A stretch of DNA of 64,000 nt from Candidatus Yanofskybacteria bacterium RIFCSPHIGHO2_01_FULL_41_26 (GTDB taxonomy: Bacteria; Patescibacteriota; Minisyncoccia; 2-02-FULL-40-12; GWA2-44-9). Under the pieces are notes generated by a model. The model searched no databases, had not been told where the DNA came from, and saw only the letters and a program-made list of their open reading frames with translations. Below, piece after piece: positions 1-12,000 of the stretch. Positions within the stretch are counted from its first letter, which is position 1, and each line of letters opens with the position of its first letter. Both the position numbers and the translations under genes were made by a program. The stretch covers positions 1,124 through 65,123 of the forward strand of contig MGJB01000012.1 of NCBI GenBank assembly GCA_001794055.1, in the 5' to 3' direction.

Positions 1-136
1 AAACATAGAATCTCAAACTAATCAATTCGTGATTTTCCACCTTAACACTATGTGTTATAATTAACATAATGATAATGCAAAAACTGCCATACAGAGGTTG
101 AGAATGGCAAGGTAAAATATGAGTTAGAGTTCTGAT

Positions 137-1099
137 CTATTTATCTTCCGCAATCTTATTGAGAATCTTCTGAATTGAAACAATAGAATCCAGATCATGG
201 ATTGAAAAAGCTGATGCATTTTTGTTCAGCTTTTTCAATTTAGCTAATTTCTTTTTTGCTGTTGCTAAATCTACCATGTCGGTTTTACCCAAGAAAAGGT
301 ACTCGTCTTTTTCTAATAATGATTTATTATAAGCGCCGAGTTCTTTTCGGATTGCTTTATAATCTTTAACAAGATCTTCGGATTCAGCCGAAACAATATG
401 GAAAAGCACCCTAGTTCGCTCAATATGGCGAAGGAATTTAACCCCCAGCCCCTTACCTTCCGATGCCCCTTCAATGAGACCTGGGATATCAGCGAGAATA
501 AGGTCATGGTAAGCACCTAAATGAGGCTCCAGTGTTGTGAAATGGTAATTTGCAACTTTACTTTTGGCTTTGGTGAGCTCATTCAACAAGCTTGATTTGC
601 CAACATTAGAAAGTCCGATAATACCAACGTCTGCAATCATTTTTAATTCAAGACGAACATTATATTGTTCTCCTGGCAAACCCTCCTGAAACCTCTTGGG
701 ACTGGTACTGTGCGGTCCGCGAAAAAGAAAATTGCCCTTACCGCCGTGTCCACCTTTAGCGCCCAAAATCTCTTCCCCAACTCTAACAAGTTCCTGATCA
801 ACACCAGTAGTAAGGTTGTGAATAACCGTCCCGACTGGAACCTTAACAACAAGATCTTCTCCGGCCGTGCCATCATTTAATTGATGTCTGCCGTTTTTTC
901 CGTCTTCAGCCTTAAAAACCTTTGCGTTGCGAAGGGCATTCAATGCGCCTAGATCGGAGACGCCAATAAATGAAATATTGCCACCGTTGCCTCCCCTACC
1001 ACCGGTTGGGCCAAGAGAACCTTTGTTTTTGTTAAAAGCAACGATACCACCGCCCCCTTTTCCTGCCTGAATTCTAATTGTTAGGTTGTCTATTATCAT
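137..1099 (-). CDS. obg: GTPase Obg/CgtA
   Basis: 320-aa ORF. N-terminal Obg-fold glycine-rich repeats (GKGGGG, GGRGGNGGN), P-loop GLSNVGKSSL, DIPGLIEGA switch motif. Confidence 0.9.
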   Translation of the reverse strand: MIIDNLTIRIQAGKGGGGIVAFNKNKGSLGPTGGRGGNGGNISFIGVSDLGALNALRNAKVFKAEDGKNGRHQLNDGTAGEDLVVKVPVGTVIHNLTTGVDQELVRVGEEILGAKGGHGGKGNFLFRGPHSTSPKRFQEGLPGEQYNVRLELKMIADVGIIGLSNVGKSSLLNELTKAKSKVANYHFTTLEPHLGAYHDLILADIPGLIEGASEGKGLGVKFLRHIERTRVLFHIVSAESEDLVKDYKAIRKELGAYNKSLLEKDEYLFLGKTDMVDLATAKKKLAKLKKLNKNASAFSIHDLDSIVSIQKILNKIAEDK

Positions 1100-1141
1100 G
1101 CCCGCATATTATAACCCACCTGAATAGCTCACGCAACCTCC

Positions 1142-1165
1142 AAAAAAAAGCCGACATTGGTCGGC
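1142..1165 (-). terminator. Rho-independent terminator of HD-domain gene
   Basis: Hairpin gccgac-attg-gtcggc followed on the minus strand by a T8 run, a few nt after the stop at 1174. Confidence 0.5.
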
Positions 1166-1173
1166 ATAGAACA

Positions 1174-2676
1174 TTAAACAATAAACTTAATTCTTGGGTT
1201 TTGGGAAAGAACAAGATATAAAGCAACGGCAATACAATCGGCAAGAAAACCCCTGCCCACACTTCGATCATGTTTTTCTAACACGGCCTGATAGGCCAAT
1301 TCTATCTTATTTTCAAAGCCTTGAATATCAGCGCCGATCATCACATCATAAGCCAATTGAACAGTTTGGAAACCAGCAACAAACTCGTTGTTATGAGCAA
1401 GACTGGTTGAATTAGACGACTGCTTAAGTTCCAATTGATAATACTCAAATATATTTTTAGCACTCAAATGTTGAGCTACTTGTCTATCCGAATAATGAGA
1501 AAGTTGATTGGCTAATTTTTTCATCTCAATAAGTTGATTCACGTCTTCTCTTGAGGTATTTTTCATGACAGTGCCCGCAAAGTGAAGAATGTCCGAAACT
1601 GAGTATCTTTGAGACATGTCATGCATATATTGAGCTGTTACGATTGACATTAAAAGCTCTATAATTCCTTGATTTATTCTTCCACCTCCACGGTTTCGAA
1701 CACTTTCTCTTTGAGCTCTTAGAGCAATGTCATAGATTAGTTCTTGGTTTGTACACATTCCAGCAAAACGAGGAAAGAATAAAATTCTTTCAGCTAAAGA
1801 CTCAAAAGCATGACCGAGGTTAATCCCACCAACAATGAAATACTCAAGCTTCAAGTGTCGGCTAATATTTCTATCTCTACTAGTGCAGCCCTCTTTGTCC
1901 GAAACTGGCTCAAGGGCTGTAGCTATCATTATTTGCCTTGCGGTTTCTGTTGGTATTCTTAAATTAGTAGAGATGTGCCTCCATCCTTGATTATATAGTC
2001 CGGGCTCAACTTCTTCTTCCATCTTTCGAATAAAAACATCGGCATTATATAAATCCACGACTAATGCTTTTCTATCAAGATTTAATTCAAGCATCTTCTC
2101 CATGATTTCATCGTCACTCAAAGCTCTTTTTTCTCCGAACTTATCATTGACTCGATGAAGCGCATCATAAACATCGGCTAAAGCCAAAATTCTTCCATAT
2201 TCAGGAATGAGCAACTTTGTTCCCTCACTGTAGCCATGAAGAGCTGGTGGTACAACTTTTGGATAACCATTTTTTTGAAATTTATGATGCCAAGTAATTA
2301 CTTCGGCCGAAAAATCAAATCTTCCTCGAACCATATCATAACTGTCCAAAACATGGCCTTCCATCTCTTGAGTATCTCTTTCAGTCCAACCCTCAGTTTT
2401 ACCTAGGGTATCAAGCGCAACCTGACATTTTCCCAAATCATGCATTAGGCCAGCGTAAAAAAGAGCCTTTTGATCCAAGTGCATAAAGGCTGCAATTTTT
2501 CTGGCCAATAAGCCCACTCTTAAGCTGTGGTGATAATGGATTTTAGTTGTTGGATTTTTGTGTTTCAGCGGCGCAAGAAATGCCCATACCGCTTCTTTGT
2601 TTTCCTGTCCTATCTTAAGAACATCAAAAATAGCATTTACCTGAAATTCAAGATCGCCAGCAAGTGAGTCTGTCAT
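1174..2676 (-). CDS. HD-domain metal-dependent phosphohydrolase
   Basis: 500-aa ORF with H..HSLRVG...HDLGK (HD motif) and a later DVYDAL motif. Exact subfamily not resolved. Confidence 0.6.
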   Translation of the reverse strand: MTDSLAGDLEFQVNAIFDVLKIGQENKEAVWAFLAPLKHKNPTTKIHYHHSLRVGLLARKIAAFMHLDQKALFYAGLMHDLGKCQVALDTLGKTEGWTERDTQEMEGHVLDSYDMVRGRFDFSAEVITWHHKFQKNGYPKVVPPALHGYSEGTKLLIPEYGRILALADVYDALHRVNDKFGEKRALSDDEIMEKMLELNLDRKALVVDLYNADVFIRKMEEEVEPGLYNQGWRHISTNLRIPTETARQIMIATALEPVSDKEGCTSRDRNISRHLKLEYFIVGGINLGHAFESLAERILFFPRFAGMCTNQELIYDIALRAQRESVRNRGGGRINQGIIELLMSIVTAQYMHDMSQRYSVSDILHFAGTVMKNTSREDVNQLIEMKKLANQLSHYSDRQVAQHLSAKNIFEYYQLELKQSSNSTSLAHNNEFVAGFQTVQLAYDVMIGADIQGFENKIELAYQAVLEKHDRSVGRGFLADCIAVALYLVLSQNPRIKFIV

Positions 2677-2769
2677 ATTAATCCTTTCAAGGTACAGTAG
2701 ATTACCTAATATTATATCCTGATTTTATTGCATGTCAATCATGCATCGTTGGACAAACTAAACGAATCC

Positions 2770-2798
2770 TTGCATTTTAGTCCAAATTAGTGTATACT
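2770..2798 (+). promoter_or_regulatory. Sigma70-like promoter TTGCAT-17-TATACT upstream of cold-shock gene
   Basis: -35 TTGCAT (2770-2775), 17-nt spacer, -10 TATACT (2793-2798). Leaves a ~65-nt 5'UTR, as is typical for csp genes. Confidence 0.4.
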
Positions 2799-2867
2799 AT
2801 ACAGTAGTTAAAAAGAGACGGAGGTCGGGTTTCTTAAGTAAAGTAAATTAAATTATAAGATACAAAC

Positions 2868-3068
2868 ATGACAGGTACAATAAAGAAGAAGATTGAGGAC
2901 AGAATGTTCGGATTTATCACTCCAGAAGGTGAATCAAAAGATGTTTTCTTCCACCAAGATGCTTTAAATGGCGTGACATTTGAGGAGTTAAAAGAGGGCG
3001 ACGCTGTTTCTTTCGACGTAGTTCAGGGCGAAAAAGGCCCAGCCGCGAAAAACGTACAGCGAGCTTAA
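2868..3068 (+). CDS. Cold-shock protein (CspA family)
   Basis: 66 aa: MFGFITPEG...DVFFHQDAL...GDAVSFDVVQGEKGPAAKNV, the canonical CSD RNP motifs. Confidence 0.9.
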   Translation: MTGTIKKKIEDRMFGFITPEGESKDVFFHQDALNGVTFEELKEGDAVSFDVVQGEKGPAAKNVQRA

Positions 3069-3083
3069 TAGACTCGATTCTGC

Positions 3084-3111
3084 AAAAACCCGCCTCTTCG
3101 GCGGGTTTTTG
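3084..3111. terminator. Bidirectional intrinsic terminator
   Basis: aaaaacccgcc-tcttc-ggcgggttttt: hairpin with an A-run on one side and a T-run on the other. Sits between the convergent csp (+) and histidine-phosphatase (-) genes. Confidence 0.6.
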
Positions 3112-3951
3112 TTAACCCTTAATATGGCGAGGATATTTTTTAACTTCCAATAGAAGATCTTTGTTGGAATAACGGTGACGCTGAATACGGCGCCAACCAA
3201 AATCTTCATGGGTATTAGTCGATGTCAAAAGTGGACACACAGAACGCACAGCAACAAGCTTTGATCCGCACACTTTTCCACTATCAGGGTCGCGTCTGGT
3301 ATACCAAAGAATCTGGCAGTTTCGTATTTTATCGGCCGATTTATCAGAAGAATCGAGTCGTATAAAATCGTCGTGCCCTAAACTTTCAAATTCAAGCTGA
3401 AGCGCCCTTATAACGTGACCATGACAAACAACAATCACCCGTCTATCCGGGCACTCTCTGGCTAGGTGAGCCATAAAATCTGTTTTTAATCGAAGACACA
3501 ACATTGGAATTGATTCCCCTCCTCCGGCGGGTTGAGAAAGAAAAGGATCCAACTCATATTGCGCTTGTTCCCTAGCAAACAAAGTTTTCTTTTCATCATC
3601 AGGAAGATTGTCTATAAGAGCATGATCTCTTTCCCTTAGTTGAAACTCAACTCGCCATTCAGCGTCAGGAAGATCCATGTAGACAGCAGTCTCCTTGGCG
3701 CGCATATAATCTGAAACATAAAAACGATCCAAGGGCATCGTAATATTATTCTTTAGCCATTTACCTGCCGCTTTAGCTTGCTTAATTCCTTTGTCAGTTA
3801 AACGAAAAGATCGACTGTGTTTGTGCCTGAAGTCAGGAGTAAAAAATCTATTATCTCCCTTGCGGCTGGCCTTATTGGCAACATTGCCTTCTGATTCACC
3901 GTGTCGAACAAGAATTATATCAATCGGTAACATAATTAATAAGTATAACAA
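3112..3951 (-). CDS. Histidine phosphatase (phosphoglycerate-mutase-like) family protein
   Basis: ILVRHGESEGN (RHG catalytic motif) near the N-terminus and a second His in VVCHGHVIRAL. Start may be the internal Met (MLPIDIIL). Confidence 0.65.
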   Translation of the reverse strand: MLYLLIMLPIDIILVRHGESEGNVANKASRKGDNRFFTPDFRHKHSRSFRLTDKGIKQAKAAGKWLKNNITMPLDRFYVSDYMRAKETAVYMDLPDAEWRVEFQLRERDHALIDNLPDDEKKTLFAREQAQYELDPFLSQPAGGGESIPMLCLRLKTDFMAHLARECPDRRVIVVCHGHVIRALQLEFESLGHDDFIRLDSSDKSADKIRNCQILWYTRRDPDSGKVCGSKLVAVRSVCPLLTSTNTHEDFGWRRIQRHRYSNKDLLLEVKKYPRHIKG

Positions 3952-3980
3952 AAAATGTTTTAATAAAACATTTTTTGTTA

Positions 3981-5198
3981 TTATTCATACCCCTTTAATT
4001 TTCCGAGTTTGTGGTGCTGGCGGATTTTTTCAAGAGCTTTAGCCTCTATTTGTCTTATGCGTTCCCGCGTGACCGCAAACACCTTGCCAACTTCTTCAAG
4101 AGTGTGCGTCACGCCATCAGCAAGACCGAACCGCATGTCAAGAATTTTTTGCTCTCTCGGGGTCAGATCGGCAATAATCTCATCAATATAAGTTTTGAGA
4201 ATTTTCCTTGCAGCCGACGTTGAGGGTGATATGGAATCGTCATCAGGAATAAAACTTTCCAACGAACTATCCTCGTCTTCATCTCCAACCGGCGCTTCGA
4301 GAGAAATTGTTTCCTGGGAAATTTTTTGGATATGTCTTACTTTTTCCACTTCCATTCCCATTTCTGAAGCAATTTCTTCCGGCATCGGATCGCGCCCCAA
4401 ATCTTGGACCAAACGCCTTACAACCTGCTGATATTTATTTATGGTTTCCACCATATGGACCGGGATACGGATAGTTCTGCCCTGGTCGGCCAAAGCACGG
4501 GTAATAGCCTGTCTTATCCACCAAGTAGCATAAGTTGAGAATTTATATCCTTTTTTATAATCAAATTTTTCAACGGCTTTAAATAAGCCAATGTTCCCCT
4601 CTTGAATCAAGTCAAGTAGGGTTAGGTTGGCAGAACGACCGACATATTTTTTGGCAATGGAAACAACCAAGCGGAGATTTGAAACAGCAAGTTTTTGCCT
4701 TGCCGATTCATCGTTTTTCTCAATTTTTTTTGCCAGCTCAACTTCCTCGTCTCCGGTAAGCAAGGGGTATCGGCCGATTTCTTTCAAATACATTTGAACC
4801 GAATCGGAAGCGACATCGCCGAATTCAGTTTCTATTTTCTTTTTCTCATCATATTCTTTAACCTTTTCTTCCTCAAAAACTCTTCCCGATTCTATGATGT
4901 TTATGTTGGCCGACTCCAATCTCTCATAAAGAGCTTCCAAACCCTTGATATCTTTTTCTATGCTCGGAAAAGCATTGAGAACTTCGGCTTGAGTCACGAA
5001 ACCTCTTGATTTGCCTTTTTCTATCAAAGCCAAAACACCACTTTCTGATATCGGGCTTTTTTTGCCTGCCTGCCGGTAAGTACGGCCGACTACTTGTTTT
5101 CTCTTGGCTTTTTTGGCAATCTTTTTTGCTTTTTTGGCCTTTTTTACTTTCTTTTTTATCGGCTTTTTGACTTTTTTCTTTTTTAGGTTTTTTTTCAT
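3981..5198 (-). CDS. rpoD: RNA polymerase sigma-70 factor RpoD
   Basis: Region 2 ([40 protein letters not shown]) and region 4 ([14 protein letters not shown]...[20 protein letters not shown]). Lys-rich N-terminal tail. Confidence 0.92.
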   Translation of the reverse strand: MKKNLKKKKVKKPIKKKVKKAKKAKKIAKKAKRKQVVGRTYRQAGKKSPISESGVLALIEKGKSRGFVTQAEVLNAFPSIEKDIKGLEALYERLESANINIIESGRVFEEEKVKEYDEKKKIETEFGDVASDSVQMYLKEIGRYPLLTGDEEVELAKKIEKNDESARQKLAVSNLRLVVSIAKKYVGRSANLTLLDLIQEGNIGLFKAVEKFDYKKGYKFSTYATWWIRQAITRALADQGRTIRIPVHMVETINKYQQVVRRLVQDLGRDPMPEEIASEMGMEVEKVRHIQKISQETISLEAPVGDEDEDSSLESFIPDDDSISPSTSAARKILKTYIDEIIADLTPREQKILDMRFGLADGVTHTLEEVGKVFAVTRERIRQIEAKALEKIRQHHKLGKLKGYE

Positions 5199-5220
5199 TT
5201 GTTTAGAAATTAGAAATTGG

Positions 5221-6984
5221 TTAATTATCTGACCTATGTATTTCTCCTAATCTGTTTAAAACTTTATTTGCCTCGGAGGCTAGTGCCAATTGATTTGTTT
5301 TGTTGTCGCCAGTCCTCATTTCAAACCCTATTTTTTCCAGCTTGATCCGAAGATGACGTTCCTCAAGTTTATGCATCAAATTAGTAAATTCCGTCTTTAA
5401 TTCTTCGTCCTTGGAGTCTTTCCAGAATTCTTGCGACTTTAGATATGCAAACTCCAATTTGTAGCTATGATTTTTATCCCTGAAATCTTTCAGAAGATCG
5501 GCCACGTTATTCGAATTAATTGATGTTAACGTAACAATTGCTTCAGCAGTTTGATCATCAAGCAGCTCCGGATTTATATTTTTAAGATCATCTTTAAAAA
5601 GTACCGGGTCTTTCATGATTAATGACAGTAGGGTGTCACTAAGCAGATCGGTAGCAATGGTTGGTTGAATTTTATCTTGCGTATTCTTGTTAATTTCGAG
5701 CTCTCCTTTTGACAGTTGTATATCGTTTGAAATAATTTCTTCTTTTGTTCTTAGTTCAATTGCCAGTTGGCCCGTCCAGTAATTCTTTTCCGTGTAAGTC
5801 GCTAATTTTTTAATAAAAGGGGCCAATTCGTTTATAATAGATTTTTTACCTTCTACAGAAAGCCGGTCAAATTTGGATAATGCCTTATTAAAAACAATCT
5901 CTAGAATTTGTTTTTCTTCGGCAGCAGTTTGTACCCAGTTTGAAGGATTTTTTCTTATTAAATCGGCCGGATCTTTGCATTCATTGTCTTGGATTTCTAT
6001 ACCCGTAACTCTAAAATTTTCGCCCAAAGCCAAGAGTATGTCTTTTTTGGTGGCCATATTTCCAGCCTTATCTGAATCAAGACAGAGACACAGATTGGTG
6101 GTATATCTCTTGATAAATTTCAAATGATTTTGTGCCAATGCAGTTCCCGAAGAAGCGACAACATTTTTTACTCCCGCCTGATGAGACATCAGGGTATCCA
6201 TGTTGCCCTCTACTAGTATACACAAATCGGATCTTTTAATCTCCATCCTTGCTTTGTTCAATCCGTAAAGAACCCCCGACTTGTCATAAATTCTGGTTTG
6301 AGGCGTGTTGATATACTTAGCAGTTTCTTTATCTTCTGTTCCAAATATTCTTGCAGAAAATCCAATAACCCGATCGTTGAGATCAAAAACAGGAAACATG
6401 ATTCTTGAACGGAACCTGTCATAAACTCCCGAACCATCATTCCTTTTGACAGCCATGCCAGCATCTATCATTTCCGTTTCGCTGTAACCGCAGTTCTTCA
6501 AAAAAGTTCCCAAAGCATTCCAGTCGTTAGGGGCAAATCCCAAACGAAATTCTAAAATTGTAGAATCAACAACTCCCCTGTTTTTTAGATATTCTAAAGC
6601 GAGTTTTCCTGTGTTCGAATTAAATTGTTTTTCAAAAAACTTTGTGGCTGACTCGCAAACTTCATATAATCTCGCTTTATCATCTTTAACATCAGGATTA
6701 AAAGAGCCGATCTCTACTCCGGCTTTGGTGGCAAGAATTCTTAAAGCTTCAGGAAACTCGACACCTTCTATGTCCTGGACAAAAGTAAACATATCGCCCC
6801 CCTTTGAACACCCGAAACAATGCCAAACTTGGCGTTCCGGAGAGACAACAAATGAGGGCGTTTTCTCATTATGAAAAGGACAGCGGGCCTTAAAATTCAT
6901 GCCCGCTTTTTGCAGTTTTAAATACCCAGAGATAACATCGACAACATCAAGCCGACCCTTAATTTTGGAGACATTATCTTCCAT
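5221..6984 (-). CDS. dnaG: DNA primase DnaG
   Basis: CHC2 zinc finger [11 protein letters not shown]...HCFGC, Toprim domain (LVEGNMD, DSDKAG). Lies immediately upstream of rpoD, the conserved dnaG-rpoD operon order. Confidence 0.92.
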   Translation of the reverse strand: MEDNVSKIKGRLDVVDVISGYLKLQKAGMNFKARCPFHNEKTPSFVVSPERQVWHCFGCSKGGDMFTFVQDIEGVEFPEALRILATKAGVEIGSFNPDVKDDKARLYEVCESATKFFEKQFNSNTGKLALEYLKNRGVVDSTILEFRLGFAPNDWNALGTFLKNCGYSETEMIDAGMAVKRNDGSGVYDRFRSRIMFPVFDLNDRVIGFSARIFGTEDKETAKYINTPQTRIYDKSGVLYGLNKARMEIKRSDLCILVEGNMDTLMSHQAGVKNVVASSGTALAQNHLKFIKRYTTNLCLCLDSDKAGNMATKKDILLALGENFRVTGIEIQDNECKDPADLIRKNPSNWVQTAAEEKQILEIVFNKALSKFDRLSVEGKKSIINELAPFIKKLATYTEKNYWTGQLAIELRTKEEIISNDIQLSKGELEINKNTQDKIQPTIATDLLSDTLLSLIMKDPVLFKDDLKNINPELLDDQTAEAIVTLTSINSNNVADLLKDFRDKNHSYKLEFAYLKSQEFWKDSKDEELKTEFTNLMHKLEERHLRIKLEKIGFEMRTGDNKTNQLALASEANKVLNRLGEIHRSDN

Positions 6985-7040
6985 GATTTGATAATTTTAC
7001 CACAAAATTATCAAAAATAAAAGCCTCAAAAATTGAGGCC

Positions 7041-8300
7041 TTATTGTTTGATGAATTCTTTATCCCAAGCATTGTATTTTGAGGTCAAAGTATTTTTTAT
7101 ATAAACACTCACTTGATAAGTTCCGGATGGGATAGCAGCAACTTGTTCGGGTTTCACGAGATCAACTACAACAATCATCTCAGAATACTCATCCAAAGAA
7201 CGTTTTTTCATGTCCATCACGACTACGTCTTCTAACACAATCGGCTTACTTCTATTGTGGCCCTCAAAAATTATTCTATATTTGATGGACAGCTCCAGTT
7301 GTTCCCCCCTGGCCATCCAGTCAAAATTTTTCCAAGAAGCCGAGATGGTAAATCTTTCGCCCAAAGAAAGCTCGGCCGGAATAATTGAGTTGCAATTACC
7401 ACAAGAAGCAAGAATATAGTCCGCCCCAGATGTGCCGACAAGTTTTGGCGCCTCGCCGGTTATGCGCGCATTGGATTGTTTGGCTATTTCCGACGCCGGT
7501 TTGGGAGGTTGAAGCGCCTTTCCTTGTAAGCTAGAACTGCCTTGCGAGAAGTTAAAGAGCGCCCAGGCAAAAACATATCCATCTATGACGCCACCTTTGC
7601 CACTTGAATTATAAATATCATAATAAACTCGAGTAAGTTCATCAGGGCAAGCTTGAGCTTGCATACCGCCGGCATAGCCAAAGCTTCGGAAAACAGCAAC
7701 TTCATTGATTGCGCCGCATGAATCCATTCGATAAGAATCCTGTGAAAAGAGACGATACGATCCCGAAAAACTTTTCTGATAGAACAAAAAAGCGTAGAGA
7801 ATACTGCCATTATTAGGATTGCCGTAAATCCAGAGCATCATGGGCACAAATGAATTGCCCTCAAGAGTATCCATGACATCGGGTTCGCCATGAAGCAAAT
7901 AAACTTTGGCCATATCGCCCCGGAATCCGCCGTTTGACCTGAATAAGAGTCCGGTTGTACCATGTGTACTGAAAAATACCTCATCGGCAATATCGTTAAT
8001 TCGTTCATCAATCTCATTTTTATATTCATTTTCCGAAGTTGAAGGATCAGGATCTCGCTCAAGCCAGAACTTGTCAATAAATTCTTGCCTTTCTTCATCA
8101 GTCAGAAGTTTTTTAAATTCTTTATCCTCTTTATCAATAAGAACGTAATACCGATTTAAGAATTGGGATGGGATATCGGCAGGAATACTGTTTGGTTTAT
8201 CGACAAAAATTATCGGCTTTTTGGTTTCGGTTGAAGCGCAGCCAATTATAAGCGGAAATAGAAACATAACGGCAAAAACAAATGACTTATTTCTTTTCAT
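7041..8300 (-). CDS. Lipoprotein with GWxTD-like domain (hypothetical)
   Basis: Lipobox MKRNKSFVFAVMFLFPLIIGCAS. FWLERDPDPST...NEY and GFRGDMAKVYLLHGEPD resemble the GWxTD family. Start chosen at MKRNK (8300) rather than the ORF-track 8348. Confidence 0.45.
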   Translation of the reverse strand: MKRNKSFVFAVMFLFPLIIGCASTETKKPIIFVDKPNSIPADIPSQFLNRYYVLIDKEDKEFKKLLTDEERQEFIDKFWLERDPDPSTSENEYKNEIDERINDIADEVFFSTHGTTGLLFRSNGGFRGDMAKVYLLHGEPDVMDTLEGNSFVPMMLWIYGNPNNGSILYAFLFYQKSFSGSYRLFSQDSYRMDSCGAINEVAVFRSFGYAGGMQAQACPDELTRVYYDIYNSSGKGGVIDGYVFAWALFNFSQGSSSLQGKALQPPKPASEIAKQSNARITGEAPKLVGTSGADYILASCGNCNSIIPAELSLGERFTISASWKNFDWMARGEQLELSIKYRIIFEGHNRSKPIVLEDVVVMDMKKRSLDEYSEMIVVVDLVKPEQVAAIPSGTYQVSVYIKNTLTSKYNAWDKEFIKQ

Positions 8301-8913
8301 TGGTTGCCTCCTTGCTTGTCGCAATGTCATCCTGATCAATCCTGACAATATGAACCTGGCCCGCCAAAGTAAATTTTATCCCGACAATAATTTGTTTCTT
8401 TGAATCGGCTTTAGACGGTTCTGAAAAAGGAGAAGTGCTTAAATCATAGCCATAACTTAAGGCACAATTCCCATTTTGATCCAAAAGCCATGATCGTAAA
8501 AAATCTTCCCTGATATCCTGTCCGGTCCGCGGATCACGGACTGTCCGCCATTGAACATAGGCGAATGCATCGGTTGCTTGTTGGACTCTCCCAAGAACCT
8601 TTGCTTCTTGCTGATTGTGATATTTTAAATTGGAAAAATTCCTATCTAAACCACCCTCTTCCACCGATTTGTTTTCACAAGCTCGTTCAGAAACAATGGC
8701 CACTTGCCGATAATAAACCCTGACAAATTCGTTTGTATCATTTGGATTTTGGTAGTCAACCACTCGGCCCAGAAAACCTGTTTTACAATCATTAACCCTA
8801 AATTCCAATTCTTTGGATAAAACCACGTTGAAATTTTTCACATCGGGAGGAGAATTAACCAAAGGACCACTAGTAACCAATAAAACAAGGGGAACCGCTA
8901 ATGTCAGAAGCAT
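8287..8913 (-). CDS. Secreted hypothetical protein
   Basis: Hydrophobic N-terminus MLLTLAVPLVLLVTSGP (start trimmed from 9000 to the internal Met). No recognisable domain. Co-directional with the lipoprotein gene and overlaps its start by ~14 nt. Confidence 0.4.
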   Translation of the reverse strand: MLLTLAVPLVLLVTSGPLVNSPPDVKNFNVVLSKELEFRVNDCKTGFLGRVVDYQNPNDTNEFVRVYYRQVAIVSERACENKSVEEGGLDRNFSNLKYHNQQEAKVLGRVQQATDAFAYVQWRTVRDPRTGQDIREDFLRSWLLDQNGNCALSYGYDLSTSPFSEPSKADSKKQIIVGIKFTLAGQVHIVRIDQDDIATSKEATNEKK

Positions 8914-9018
8914 GAATTCCTCACTTTTAAGGAACTGGTATCTGCCTAAGACTATATGCCAATCAATAGAAAGCGCAATAGCAATACAAAAACGGCTCAT
9001 CTGTGTGAGCCGTTAAAT

Positions 9019-12000
9019 TTAGAAATTGAAACCGATACGAACATTGAAAGACCATTTGTCCGGAGCAAATTTGGTTTTTGCCCATTCAAAGTTAAGAGGC
9101 AGAAATATGTTAGTCTGCAGTCCAAAACCATATGACCATTCTTTGCGAGTTGGGAACAGATCATCGCTGAACTTGGCCAATGCATAATCAACAAACAGTA
9201 CTCCGCGAACATTAAACGGAATGGCACTTAGTATCGCCACATCAGCAACAGGGAAACGCAGTTCCGCGCTCCCATAGCCGACCTGATTACCGGCAACGCT
9301 GAAGTAAGGATAGTTCCTCAAAGTATTGTTACCGCCCAGAAACATCACAGAATCACCATTGGGACGATTGCTGGTAAGACCGGCGGCACGAACCGCAACC
9401 AATGAACTGCCGGAAAGACGGATGTATCTGCGGGCATCAATCTGCGCCGTCAGATATGAAGCTGAATTTTTATTCAAGCCCAGTCCGTATTCCACTTGAG
9501 CCCGCATGGCGTCGCCATGCAAAGGTAAAGGTCCAAGCGTATTGTTAGAATACAGAACAGTATCATGCACAAATGCCGTGATAAAACCAACGTTGGTCTG
9601 ACCGCTGGAGGCCTTGAAAAATTCATAGAACTGGCGATCTATTTCGGGAAGATAATCCCCTAAATAAGCAACATCCGCATCTGTTAAAGGCAGAAAGTAC
9701 GTCCGTTTCCGCGGTCTAACTCCAAACTCAACACGATTCCACTTATTGAACGGATATTCGGTAAGAAATGTCGCGCTTGTTTCCTCGGCCCAAGTGCTGT
9801 TGAGAACGAACTGTTTGTAATCGCCGTTTGGATATGGATAGCGTGAATACTGACCCTGAAAATTATACAATGGATAGTATAACGGATATTGGGAGTGATT
9901 GAAGTTCACTGTCAACCCCCAACGCCGGGACAGATCCTGATATGTGTAGTCGGTGTATTGAAAGTCGCCATATTTGATATATAGTCCGGCATGCGTCCGA
10001 TTAGCAAACACATCTTGAACTACAAATTGAGAGCTCGCAAATAATCCCCAGTAAGTGCTCGTACCAATACTAACGTTTGACCCATAGAATTTCCAACGGG
10101 CTGGCGGTTTTTGAGGCCTTGCCAATTGATGCTGATCAAGCTGTTCACTGACTGCTTCCTGACTGCGAAATGCCAATTCCATGTTTTCGTTTTTGTTATC
10201 AATGACCGATGTCCGAAGAGATTCTTTCATCCTAAGATCAAATAACTCAAAGTTTGAATATACATAACTTCGGAATTGGTCATCTTCCAAATAGGCTGAA
10301 TATACAACACGATCGTTTTCACCGGAAACAAATTTCGGAGTAAAAACACCTCCATAATATTCGGTCCACTGTTTATTGGTGCGAGTGGCCAAATCTAGAG
10401 TATATAAATTCCAAATCTGGTCTTTTTCGTCGGATGTATAGACAAGCTGACGTCCATCAGACGACCAGCTCGGCGAATTGTCATTCCAACGACCGTAAGT
10501 AAGTTGCTCCTTGTTGCCTGTTGCCAAGTCCAACAAAAACAATTTCTGGAAACCGCCGTCAAACGCCACATACGCCAACTCAGTTCCGCCAGGAGACACC
10601 CGCGGTGCGCTGTTAAACACGCCGCCATTGGTCAAATTTTTCAACTCGTGCGTTTCAAGATTCATTGAATACACATCGCGCTGAATATTTTTGGCTGCCG
10701 AAAAATACAACACCTTGCCATCAGCACTGAAATTGGGCGAGAATGCCTGGTCAAGAGGAAGCTCCACTTCCTGCAGGAATTTGCCGGTGTTCGCATCGAG
10801 AATGAACAAGGCGTGATCTTTATTCTTTCTGGCAAAAAATGAAATCTTGCTGACGCTTGGAACACGCATCAGCTTGGCAAGTTCCTTTTTATCAGCGCCT
10901 TTAACCTTAGCAACCCATTCTGGATCCTGCCACCAATCCAAGTCCGAACCGTTGAACGGCCAGACATTTAGTTCTTGAGCAATTATGTACTCGTAATGTT
11001 TGGGCGGCATAAATTTCGTTAAGATTTTCAGAGGAGGATCTTGAACATTAACCTTACGGCCGAACATCCCCCTTTTTTTTCGATTCGCCTGCGACACATA
11101 TGGAGGATCATCCCGCGGTAGCATGCGCGCCACCGCCAGAACGATGCCATTCTTGGGATTGAAAGTCAGAAAAGCTACGAAGTTATCATCGGGCGAAACT
11201 TCGGGTGAAGTAAGGGGGTACGGGTAGGGCTGTCTAATAATCTGACGACCTTTAATACTGCTGGTTTCCTGGTACGGCTTGGGCCGCTCCAAAGAATCTT
11301 TTGCATATTTATCGGCCCAATAATTGCGGTGAGCCCGGTCAAATGCTTCAGCGTTATAGAATTCTCCCTTCGAAATGTCGGCCAAAAGTTCACTGAATTT
11401 CTGGCCGCGCTGGCTGAAAATTTTCACTATTTGATCAGCTACTGTTTTCTCGCCGTATTTGGCTTCAAGAAACATGAAAAGCATGGCTCCAAGTGAATAA
11501 GGATTGGCCTGACCCTGCGACAACATTTCCAACGTAGGCAATCCCATTTCCGGATTTTTGACATTAGCCGCCGCCAAACGCTGTTCCATTTTACGAATAT
11601 CGTCCCGCGAATAAGGTGCGTACTTATTAGCCAAATAATCTGCGATGGCTTCATACAGCCATGGCTCAATAGATTCACCACCCGCACGACCGATAAAACT
11701 CCAGCCGACCATATCAAACTGAAAAATATGTGCGAGTTCATGGGTATAGATTGTCCGATTCAAGACTGGCAAAAAATCCGGCTTAACCACAAGGATCATA
11801 TCGGTATCCGGCAAAAGACGAGAACCGCGTGGAAATGCATAAGCGCCCACACCCTCGGGCATAAACATTTCGCCGGCCAAATGAAGCGCTTCAAACTGAC
11901 TATGCGTACGTGACACGACTACTATTGGCCTCTTTTTCAACTGATGATTAAGCCTAAAACTCAAATATTCGCAAGAGCCTTCTAGGTGCGCCACCAAGTT

